Source: an uncultured virus (IMG/VR IMGVR_UViG_3300025701_000008) (lineage: Duplodnaviria > Heunggongvirae > Uroviricota > Caudoviricetes). From it: DNA of 20,000 nt. The DNA is taken from the IMG/VR virus record IMGVR_UViG_3300025701_000008, one strand, 5' to 3'. Below, one piece after another: positions 1 through 7,272 of the stretch. Made by a program: the position numbers and the translations under genes. The notes beneath the pieces are model-generated. The model made no database searches and was not told where the DNA came from. It was given only the letters and a program-made list of their open reading frames with translations. How positions within the stretch are numbered: position 1 is the stretch's first letter; each line of letters begins with the position of its first letter.

Positions 1-1016
1 ACTAGATGTTTTATACGGTCTTTGTCCAAATCAGTGTCCACTTCTTGAATATAATTGTATATTAAAGTTTCCGTGTCGTCAACCTGTAAATCGGCATCAC
101 TGACATTTTCACCACGGAACTCACGAAAATCCTCCGCTATCTTCAACTCATATATTTTCTGGTTGTTGATGCGTTCAATATATCTTTCGAATTTCATCAT
201 ATCTGAACGGTTAGTTACGACTACTTTGACAAACTTATTGTCAAGGTAAGATAAATCTTCGAAGTGACTTATTGTGTCCTCATTATAATGTATTTTATGG
301 TATATTGTCAAGGGGTTTTGTACAGGAGTTAATTCCCCTGTTTCAGTATCAAGTATATGGAAGTACTTCGGGTCATGAGCATCATTCCAGAAGAACTCCA
401 TCTGCGCACCCAAGTAATGGATATGGCCATTGTTAGACTTGGTGTGGAAGTGACCAGATAATACTAAATCAAACCTTTCTAGTGGAGCAGGGTTCATACC
501 CTCTTTACACATAAGACCCTTATCCATCTCAAATCCCGCCAACTCAAAATGACCACCACAAATCTTAGACTTAGTGTTTGCGAGAAACTTCAGTATGTCT
601 TTTTCGTTTTCAGGATTAATCCAAGGAACTAGAGCAATAGTATTATCACCATACTTCATATCAGTAGGTTCTTCTACTATATTGACCTCATTCATATAAT
701 GACCCATCAACTCTTTCAATGAATTAAGTCGATTGGTGTTTTTGAAATAAGTATCATGATTGCCCGGAATAATATCCATAGTGATACCAAGTTCACGCAA
801 TCTATCGAGGAATACTCGACGGTTGTGGTTTAATGCCTTGAGGTTGATGGTCTTACGGTTGTCATAATAATCTCCTAGATGTAAAATCTGAGAGATGCCA
901 TGTTCTTGTAAGTATGGGAAAAATACATCGGTGTAGAATCTTTCTTGATATTCAATAAAAATATCAGAAGAATTACGTACACCGCAATGTGTATCATTTA
1001 AGATGGCTATCAGCAT
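1..1016 (-). CDS. gp47: Recombination endonuclease subunit (Mre11/SbcD-like, T4 gp47), 3' end runs off the window
   Basis: Not in the ORF track. Manual translation from ATG at 1016 gives MLIAILNDTHCGVRNSS...ILHLGDYYDNRK...IIPGNHDTYFKNTN...GHFELAGF...LSGHFHTKS, the metallophosphoesterase motifs (DxH, GD, GNHD, GHxH). The frame stays open to position 1, and the gene follows gp55. Confidence 0.95.
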   Translation of the reverse strand, partial: MLIAILNDTHCGVRNSSDIFIEYQERFYTDVFFPYLQEHGISQILHLGDYYDNRKTINLKALNHNRRVFLDRLRELGITMDIIPGNHDTYFKNTNRLNSLKELMGHYMNEVNIVEEPTDMKYGDNTIALVPWINPENEKDILKFLANTKSKICGGHFELAGFEMDKGLMCKEGMNPAPLERFDLVLSGHFHTKSNNGHIHYLGAQMEFFWNDAHDPKYFHILDTETGELTPVQNPLTIYHKIHYNEDTISHFEDLSYLDNKFVKVVVTNRSDMMKFERYIERINNQKIYELKIAEDFREFRGENVSDADLQVDDTETLIYNYIQEVDTDLDKDRIKHL

Positions 1017-1050
1017 AATATAATACTCGAGTTAATTATTCAGTGTGGGT

Positions 1051-1079
1051 ATTATACTATACTATGAGTGTTATGTCAA
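1051..1079 (-). promoter_or_regulatory. sigma70-type promoter for gp47
   Basis: Minus strand TTGACA (1079-1074), 17 bp spacer, TATAAT (1056-1051). Intergenic, 35 nt upstream of the gp47 ATG. Confidence 0.85.
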
Positions 1080-1082
1080 GTA

Positions 1083-1673
1083 TTATTCTATATAATCGGA
1101 CAAATCTGAATCAACGTTTACCGCACGGCGTTTGCGCATTTTCTTTTCTTCCTGTACATATACTTTGAATTCATTATCTGCGGCTTTCACTGTGTCAATA
1201 CGTAGACGTAGAGTATCAACTACACTATTAACATCACCTGAATTAGCACCTCCATTTTCTTCCTCAAAGAATTGAGAAATATCTGCCTCAGAGATGAATT
1301 TCATTTTGATGTCTTGTTGCTTTTTCTCTTTCTGAATACGTCGTAAGAAGGCATACCATGATATCTGTGTGAAGTACGCAAATGCGTTGGGATTACCTGA
1401 ACGAGTCGCGGCGTCAATATCATAATTCTCAATTGCTTTAAGACAATTCTCGACCGCGTCCATCACCATCTCTTCACGATAGGTATAACGAACAAAATTT
1501 GCCTTATGCGATAGACCTTCTGATATGCGCAAGAAACATTCTGCAATATAATTGGTAACTATAGGGAGAGGGTCACCATCTTTTTTCGCCTGCTGTAAGT
1601 CTGAACAGTAGTCTACGACTGATTGCGAAAATTCTCTGTTGTTAACGTAATGTGGTTTATCTTTTGGTTTCAT
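1083..1673 (-). CDS. gp55: Late-transcription sigma factor (T4 gp55)
   Basis: HYVNNREF, YIAECFLRISEGLSHKANFVRYTYREEMVMDAVENCLK and NAFAYFTQISWYAFLRRIQKEKKQ are characteristic gp55 segments. Confidence 0.96.
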   Translation of the reverse strand: MKPKDKPHYVNNREFSQSVVDYCSDLQQAKKDGDPLPIVTNYIAECFLRISEGLSHKANFVRYTYREEMVMDAVENCLKAIENYDIDAATRSGNPNAFAYFTQISWYAFLRRIQKEKKQQDIKMKFISEADISQFFEEENGGANSGDVNSVVDTLRLRIDTVKAADNEFKVYVQEEKKMRKRRAVNVDSDLSDYIE

Positions 1674-1699
1674 TATGTAAGCCTTTTTGATTAGTAGCC

Positions 1700-1728
1700 A
1701 TTATATAACAATATAGGTGCTGAGTCAA
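1700..1728 (-). promoter_or_regulatory. sigma70-type promoter for gp55
   Basis: Minus strand TTGACT (1728-1723), 17 bp spacer, TATAAT (1705-1700), just upstream of the gp55 start. Confidence 0.8.
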
Positions 1729-2168
1729 GTAATAGTTTGGTCTTTTAGTGAGACAAGGGGGTCTTTCATGGCCACTCGTTTGCGGAGGTCACTGGTTGAA
1801 AATCTATGGTCTCTTTTATTAAAATATATCTCAATACCACGGGCAGCACAAGTAGCACGACCTGTAAAAGTTTTGTCTTGGTATTCTTTTCCGATGATTC
1901 TAACATCGATATCAACCATCTTTAGAATGTCTTCCAAGTCCTTTTCGGTCTGGTACGGGATTATCTCATCCACATACTTAACTGCAGATAATTGGGTGTA
2001 TCTTTCAACCAAGGTCTGAACAGGAGAGTTTTTTTCTGAGCGGTCTGTAGAAGGGTCTATCTGAAGTGCGCATATAAGGTAATCGCACTGAGTCTTCGCT
2101 TCACGTAACATTGATATGTGACCCGCATGTAATAAATCAAAGGTTGAGGCGGTAAAACCAACTTTCAT
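1725..2168 (-). CDS. Cytidylyltransferase, glycerol-3-phosphate cytidylyltransferase (TagD)-like
   Basis: N-terminal FTASTFDLLHAGH (HxGH motif), ERYTQLSAVKYVDEIIPY, and a C-terminal R..FSTS motif. 147 aa with an AGGA RBS. Substrate cannot be determined from sequence. Confidence 0.85.
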   Translation of the reverse strand: MKVGFTASTFDLLHAGHISMLREAKTQCDYLICALQIDPSTDRSEKNSPVQTLVERYTQLSAVKYVDEIIPYQTEKDLEDILKMVDIDVRIIGKEYQDKTFTGRATCAARGIEIYFNKRDHRFSTSDLRKRVAMKDPLVSLKDQTIT

Positions 2169-2198
2169 AAAATAATCCTAATATAATAAAAATAAAAC

Positions 2199-2227
2199 TT
2201 GACAAACGTATGTTTATAATGTATAAT
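2199..2227 (+). promoter_or_regulatory. Perfect-consensus sigma70 promoter on the + strand, antisense to the surrounding genes
   Basis: TTGACA (2199-2204), 17 bp spacer, TATAAT (2222-2227), preceded by an A-rich UP-element-like tract (2181-2198). Intergenic. Confidence 0.7.
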
Positions 2228-2259
2228 CTAGCTTGTCGACGCAGGGGTAATATAAGCAA

Positions 2260-2673
2260 TTAATGAACAATAAATCCACTCACATCAGAGTCTATTAGAG
2301 AGTAGGATTCACATTCATTAATAAAATCATCTGTTGTAATTTCATCATCAGCAATATTATTCCATTCTTCTATCTGTTTTGCCATCTCTGATAAAGCCAA
2401 CTTGTATTGACCTATCATGTCCACCGTAGGTACAGCAACAGACATAATTTTATCACTCATTAACAACATTACATTTAGAGGACTATCCTGATATACCATG
2501 AAGTTCCTGAAAGTAAAGTATTTACTACCATCACTATGAGTCTGTTCGATTAATGTGAGAGCATTGTTAAAGGTGATTGTGCGGTCGTCTTCGTCTAATA
2601 TTTCGCAGATAAGTTCTTCACCAGTAACTAATTTTAACTGTTTAAGAGAACGTTCCTTCGATGCTGTCGTCAT
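2260..2673 (-). CDS. Conserved hypothetical protein of the type found downstream of uvsW, possibly a small beta-barrel (Sm-like) fold
   Basis: LKQLKLVTGEELICEI resembles the KLxxGEE[I/L] N-terminus of small T4-like phage proteins. Start placed at ATG 2673 (AAGGA RBS 7 nt upstream) rather than 2679. Overlaps the uvsW 3' end. The fold assignment is inference. Confidence 0.7.
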   Translation of the reverse strand: MTTASKERSLKQLKLVTGEELICEILDEDDRTITFNNALTLIEQTHSDGSKYFTFRNFMVYQDSPLNVMLLMSDKIMSVAVPTVDMIGQYKLALSEMAKQIEEWNNIADDEITTDDFINECESYSLIDSDVSGFIVH

Positions 2674-4171
2674 TATCATTTCCTTTAATTGGTTTCAAGT
2701 CTATAGGATATATCTTATAAGAGAACCCTTCCTTAGTATATATCTTTATTCTTTCAGCGCTATGTTTTAAAGTAAAGTTCTTATGACTATCCACATGCAT
2801 ATCATCAGCGATATCAAAAAGCTTAGTAGTCCTACCATCGTCAGATTGACGTAGACCCCTGCCAATAGACTGGAGGACTTTAACTTGGGATTTGGATGGA
2901 GTCGCGAATATGATATTATGCAAATTGCGGATGTTGATGCCAGTGCTGAAAGTCCCAAGAGAAGCAACAATAATAGAATCATTTTGTTTTTCTACAATAC
3001 CTCGTATTTGTTCACGATTCGAGGCATCGACCTCCCCTGATACATAAAATACCTTACGGTTTTCATCTACTAGGTTTCGAATCATCTCATATAATACCTT
3101 TCCATGTTTCTCGACAAATTGAAACATTACTAGGGTATTCCCTTTTTGGTCGATTGCAAGCTTACTTATAAACTTATTACGTGGTTCATATCGGACAATA
3201 TAGTCCAGTTCATCCTGATAATTATATTCTCTCACCATATTACATACATCATTATGATAACGCATTAATAGAATTGAGATGTCAAGTTCAGCAAGTTGTT
3301 TACTCTTTTGTAATGCCACAGTACTAGTCACCGTAAAGGTCGGGCCGAATAAACCTTCTAACACCAATTTGTTAGTTTCCGTACCATCCAGTGTCCCCGT
3401 TAACCCAAAACGATATCTGGCGTTAGTACACTTATCCATCATTGTGGTTAATGACTTTGCTTTGAAAAGATGTACTTCATCCCCAAAGACAGTTTCGAAT
3501 TGTTCAAACCATTCATGACCAAACTTATATATTGACTGCCATGTTGATATGATAATACGTTTATCAGTGACTTTCTCTTTACCAGAGTATATGCGGTGGC
3601 AGTACTTGTCAACATCATATCCATAATCTTCAAAGTCTTTATACATCTGTTCTACCAAAGATGTGGTAGGGACAATTACTAATATATTACCATCAGTGGC
3701 CTCTAGGGCGTAACGCATCAAGTTATAAATGATAAACGACTTACCACTACCTGTAGGGGATAATAGAATAGAACGGTAGTTTTCTATACCATGAGCGATT
3801 GCTTTGTATTGATAATCTCTAGGCTCATATGGACTACCTAGTGATGACAGAAATTTAACTAACGTTGGGTGGTCAACATCGTCTTTTGCGCTTGGTATTC
3901 CATAAACTTCATGTTCAAGTATTTCTAACTTATAGAATCTATCCGCACAGAAACGACGTAAGTGACTATACAGCCCAACGTTCATTTGTTTGGTCACTGA
4001 GTTAAAAAGTTTTACTTTACCGTCCCAAACTTTACGTTTAAAGGCGGGCATAAATTTGTGGCCAGGCACGAAGAAAGAGAAATACTCTCTTAATTCGTTT
4101 TCCTGTGCGGGATGAGCCTCGACCATGAAATGGGAGTGATCCTTCATCCTAATTCTTATTTTATTATCCAC
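2642..4171 (-). CDS. uvsW: SF2 RNA-DNA/DNA-DNA helicase UvsW
   Basis: PRDYQ (Q motif), SPTGSGKS (Walker A), DEVH, GLTGT, STGINI and QSIGRGLR. Follows uvsY. Confidence 0.96.
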   Translation of the reverse strand: MDNKIRIRMKDHSHFMVEAHPAQENELREYFSFFVPGHKFMPAFKRKVWDGKVKLFNSVTKQMNVGLYSHLRRFCADRFYKLEILEHEVYGIPSAKDDVDHPTLVKFLSSLGSPYEPRDYQYKAIAHGIENYRSILLSPTGSGKSFIIYNLMRYALEATDGNILVIVPTTSLVEQMYKDFEDYGYDVDKYCHRIYSGKEKVTDKRIIISTWQSIYKFGHEWFEQFETVFGDEVHLFKAKSLTTMMDKCTNARYRFGLTGTLDGTETNKLVLEGLFGPTFTVTSTVALQKSKQLAELDISILLMRYHNDVCNMVREYNYQDELDYIVRYEPRNKFISKLAIDQKGNTLVMFQFVEKHGKVLYEMIRNLVDENRKVFYVSGEVDASNREQIRGIVEKQNDSIIVASLGTFSTGINIRNLHNIIFATPSKSQVKVLQSIGRGLRQSDDGRTTKLFDIADDMHVDSHKNFTLKHSAERIKIYTKEGFSYKIYPIDLKPIKGNDNDDSIEGTFS

Positions 4172-4610
4172 CGGCCTCGAACTTTCTCCACTCTATAATA
4201 TTTTTTATTGTTTGATGACGCCATTTTAACGTATCCACGATGCTACTTAGGGTTTCTGTAAGTGTCTTATGATACGCAATCAGTTCTTCGGACTTTTGAA
4301 TTTCGGGGTCTGAATCATAATATAGATCCATATCACCTTTTAGTACTTTTAGACCATTGAATGGGTCTAAGTCCCATCCAGTGGCACGTAGTTCTTGTTC
4401 ATCCATCTTTCCGTTATAGTACAACCACTTTTGTTTAAGTAATGTTTTTTGGTTATTTTCACTACGTTTAAGTTGTAACTTGGCGAGTGCGTGATATTGT
4501 AAGTACTTCGCGTGAAGTGATGGGGTTTGACGGGATACCTCATCCAATTGATGTTGAGGTATAGCGCAGTCTTCTTCCCATTCTTTTAGAATGTTTTCTA
4601 GATTAATCAT
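4164..4610 (-). CDS. uvsY: Recombination mediator UvsY
   Basis: EWEEDCAI...PSLHAKYL...KWLYYNGK...LKGDMDLYYDSD...RHQTIKNIIEWRKFEAG, immediately upstream of uvsW. Confidence 0.92.
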   Translation of the reverse strand: MINLENILKEWEEDCAIPQHQLDEVSRQTPSLHAKYLQYHALAKLQLKRSENNQKTLLKQKWLYYNGKMDEQELRATGWDLDPFNGLKVLKGDMDLYYDSDPEIQKSEELIAYHKTLTETLSSIVDTLKWRHQTIKNIIEWRKFEAGG

Positions 4611-4640
4611 TATATAGTGCCTTGTAGTGGGTAATACGGT

Positions 4641-4669
4641 ATTATATCACGGGTTGGTGATATAGTCAA
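4641..4669 (-). promoter_or_regulatory. sigma70-type promoter for uvsY-uvsW
   Basis: Minus strand TTGACT (4669-4664), 17 bp spacer, TATAAT (4646-4641), about 30 nt upstream of uvsY. Confidence 0.78.
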
Positions 4670-5294
4670 TACAATCTTCCCAATATTGCTCATCATGTCC
4701 TAGTACATAGGATAGTGTCATTCTATAGCAATTGGTTCTTGCTGCGTGATACACCACATCTCCGGAGCCATATGCGCCAAAGTGTCCTGCCTTCAAGTTC
4801 CAACCTTTTTCGTCTTGTATAGTAATCACTTCCTGTGTCACGGGGTCTATATACTTAAACCAACCATCACCATCTTGCGACCAAGTGAATATAAGATTAT
4901 GTTGTGATGCGTTGGCGTTATTGTGCCAACCGATAAACCCATCAGGTGGGTATAATGTTGATAATGCGCTACTACCCAAACCAAGTTCTGTTTTTAACGC
5001 CTTATCTAATTCTTGCCAAGTTTTTTTATATTCAGAAGGATGAGGGCCGTTATAGTGGTCTGGTTTAATAGGATAACATACCGAGTTTTCAGCAGCACCA
5101 TTATGTCTTTCACCTAAATCAATTATACGATTCATTTCATCTTCACCAGTAAAATGATCGGCCATACCGACTTGATGATAATTCATCATTTCATTTGTCT
5201 GTTCTGGTTGATATAATTCTCTATAGGTGTATCTAAAATCCTCGAGTATTTCAAGTACTCTTGTATTCTTTATATCAAATTTTTGTAAACTCAT
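4647..5294 (-). CDS. Hypothetical protein, 2OG-Fe(II) oxygenase-like double-stranded beta-helix fold
   Basis: YPPDGFIGWHNN...VYHAARTNCYRMTLSY matches the Y-x-x-x-G-x-x-x-x-H ... H ... R-x-S/T layout of 2OG oxygenases, but has HxN instead of HxD/E. ATGA-like 4-nt overlap (ATGA, 5294-5291) with the gp3 stop. Confidence 0.6.
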   Translation of the reverse strand: MSLQKFDIKNTRVLEILEDFRYTYRELYQPEQTNEMMNYHQVGMADHFTGEDEMNRIIDLGERHNGAAENSVCYPIKPDHYNGPHPSEYKKTWQELDKALKTELGLGSSALSTLYPPDGFIGWHNNANASQHNLIFTWSQDGDGWFKYIDPVTQEVITIQDEKGWNLKAGHFGAYGSGDVVYHAARTNCYRMTLSYVLGHDEQYWEDCIDYITNP

Positions 5295-5761
5295 AAAATC
5301 TCAAAATCACTAAATCTAAATGTCGCATCAAATGTTATAAAAGAAGTATCTCCCGTAGTGGAGGTAAATTCTATACCACTAACTTGTGTGGGGACACAGT
5401 TCTTGTACCTGATACGCGTATTCTCATTATTATGGCTTGATAATATAATCAAGGTAATATCGTTATATAGTGTGGAATTATCTGACTCTAATACAGTTCT
5501 TTCCAACCATCCCTGCATCTCTTTATATGCTGTCATATCTTCATCAACAATCAAGTTTATTGATAATTCTGAATATGTGATTTTAGAACCAGTTAGTGGG
5601 ATTGCGTTAACTTTAGGTATAGGAAAGTCCAGTGCGTCAACACTTGCGCCTGGATGCTGTACTGATTGTGCAAAGAACTCTAAGTTAGCATAGTTATCTT
5701 TATCGATGATAACTCTAAACCCACTGGGCTGTAAGAAGTTCTTATTGTTTGTAATTGCCAT
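5291..5761 (-). CDS. gp3: Tail completion / sheath stabiliser protein (T4 gp3-like)
   Basis: NKNFLQPSGFR...LEFFAQSVQHPG...L.INLIVDEDM..YKEMQGWL...DITLIILSSHNN...F.ATFRF. Lies directly after gp23. Start placed at ATG 5761 (GGAG RBS) rather than the ORF-track start at 5806. Confidence 0.85.
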   Translation of the reverse strand: MAITNNKNFLQPSGFRVIIDKDNYANLEFFAQSVQHPGASVDALDFPIPKVNAIPLTGSKITYSELSINLIVDEDMTAYKEMQGWLERTVLESDNSTLYNDITLIILSSHNNENTRIRYKNCVPTQVSGIEFTSTTGDTSFITFDATFRFSDFEIL

Positions 5762-5781
5762 GATATCTCCGTGTGTCATCG

Positions 5782-5789
5782 TATTTATA
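5782..5789 (-). promoter_or_regulatory. T4-type late promoter (gp3-proximal)
   Basis: TATAAATA on the minus strand, about 20 nt upstream of the gp3 ATG. Confidence 0.8.
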
Positions 5790-5831
5790 CGAGAAATAAT
5801 TACCATCCTTGGTCGACGTTCTCCTTGTATG

Positions 5832-5839
5832 TATTTATA
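5832..5839 (-). promoter_or_regulatory. T4-type late promoter (second, tandem)
   Basis: TATAAATA on the minus strand, just downstream of the gp23 terminator. Confidence 0.6.
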
Positions 5840-5859
5840 TTAGTGTTAATTACACCCAT

Positions 5860-5888
5860 AAAAAAAAGGGAGACTCGAAAGTCTCCCC
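5860..5888 (-). terminator. Rho-independent terminator after gp23
   Basis: Minus strand GGGAGACT-TTCG-AGTCTCCC followed by a T8 run. Confidence 0.92.
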
Positions 5889-5944
5889 TTAAAATGATCG
5901 TTAAAACGATTCTTTTTGTATTACCTTTTCAGGTAACAACACCC

Positions 5945-7255
5945 TTATGCAAGGATATTGTCAACGCGGAAAATTCTGTAATATTGGTTAGTACCGGCAG
6001 CAGCAAGACCAGATGCTGGAGTAGATCCAACGAATGGGTTAGACGCCATACCGTAACGAGTTTTAAACCCGATACGTGGTTGGAAGTCATTCTCGCCAAC
6101 AGCTTTAACCATTTGTAATGGAACATATGGGCAATAGAAAACACCAGCGTCATATGCGTTAGTACCTTTATAACCTACAGTGATGTAGTCTGCTTGAGCA
6201 TACGGGTCGATATATACTTTCAAACGACCGTTTAATGTACCGGCAAAAGTGTTACCTGTATCATCAACTTGTAAACCAGTAGACATTGCTGGAGAGTAAT
6301 CAAGCATACCAGAAGCGGCAAGAGCAGTCGCTACGTCAGAAGAACAGATAACAACGTTACCTTTACCACGACGAGTTTCTTTTGCGATTACGTTCGCTTC
6401 ACGGTCTAATTGTACTACTAGACCTTTGAATTTCTCAGCAGACCAACGACCATCAGCATCAGATGATAAGTCGAAGACACCAGCGTTGGCAACGTTAGAC
6501 TGTTGCGCACCAAGTTTCGCTTGAGAGTTGATTGTACGAACTACTTCACGGTTAATTTCCGCAAGGATTTCAGTAGAAAGGATGTTCGCCAATTCAGTTT
6601 CAGCGTCAAGACCGTGGATTGCTTTTAAGTCTTGTGCCAATTCCAACGAGTACTCAGCTTTAAGAGCGCGTGACTGTGCAGTTACAGTCGCTTTCTCAAT
6701 TGTGAAACCCATTTCTGCGAAATCTCCACCAGTGTTACCTAGTGATTCAGCAACAGAAGTTGCCATTGGCTTACCAGTTAGGTCAGTATCACGACCTGTA
6801 CCAGTTGCGCCGTCAAAACCAGACATACCAGAACCGTCAGAAGACTTAGTAGAACCGTCGCCAGAGAAACCAGTATCCGCTTCACCGAAGAATGCTTCAG
6901 GATTAGCAGTATCACCGCCTTCGTAACGTGATTTCATCGCGAAGATAAGACCAGTTGGGCCAGACATTGGTTGTACACCACAAACGTCATATGCCATCAA
7001 GTTAGGCATCGCACGACGTACTAAAGAGATAAGAACCGGATCCCATGTACCGACAGAACCAGTGTTGTTACCCGCAGTTTCTGTTAGTGAACCGAAACCA
7101 GCGTTCTGTGCGCGTTCTTCAGAAAGAGCACGTTCTTGGTTTTCTAGTACTGCAGCAGTTACTGCTTTACGTTGGTGATCCATAATTTGACCAGCAGATT
7201 CTTCGTTAAGAACTGGTGACCATTTTTCGATAAGAGTATCGTATGATTGTTGCAT
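5945..7255 (-). CDS. gp23: Major capsid protein (T4 gp23)
   Basis: LIEKWSPVL, DPVLISLVRRAMPNLMAYDVCGVQPMSGPTGLIFAM, SRALKAEYSLELAQDLKAIHGLDAETELANIL and YCPYVPLQ...FQPRIGFKTRYG. Confidence 0.99.
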   Translation of the reverse strand: MQQSYDTLIEKWSPVLNEESAGQIMDHQRKAVTAAVLENQERALSEERAQNAGFGSLTETAGNNTGSVGTWDPVLISLVRRAMPNLMAYDVCGVQPMSGPTGLIFAMKSRYEGGDTANPEAFFGEADTGFSGDGSTKSSDGSGMSGFDGATGTGRDTDLTGKPMATSVAESLGNTGGDFAEMGFTIEKATVTAQSRALKAEYSLELAQDLKAIHGLDAETELANILSTEILAEINREVVRTINSQAKLGAQQSNVANAGVFDLSSDADGRWSAEKFKGLVVQLDREANVIAKETRRGKGNVVICSSDVATALAASGMLDYSPAMSTGLQVDDTGNTFAGTLNGRLKVYIDPYAQADYITVGYKGTNAYDAGVFYCPYVPLQMVKAVGENDFQPRIGFKTRYGMASNPFVGSTPASGLAAAGTNQYYRIFRVDNILA

Positions 7256-7272
7256 GATAGTATTCCTTAAAA

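Noticed and set aside
226..244. Inverted repeat TTGACAA-N5-TTGTCAA inside gp47
   Set aside because: Short, AT-rich and within coding sequence, and neither TTGACA has a good -10 box at the correct spacing.
2263..2298. 11-codon + strand ORF (MNNKSTHIRVY) downstream of the antisense promoter
   Set aside because: The only SD-like sequence (AGGGG) is about 15 nt upstream, and the ORF overlaps the end of a minus-strand gene.
5929..6153. Alternative-frame minus-strand ORF overlapping the gp23 C-terminus, considered as a programmed-frameshift capsid extension
   Set aside because: The GGG TTT AAA run is not in X XXY YYZ phase, a shift would replace the conserved capsid C-terminus, and the ORF ends only 16 nt beyond the gp23 stop.
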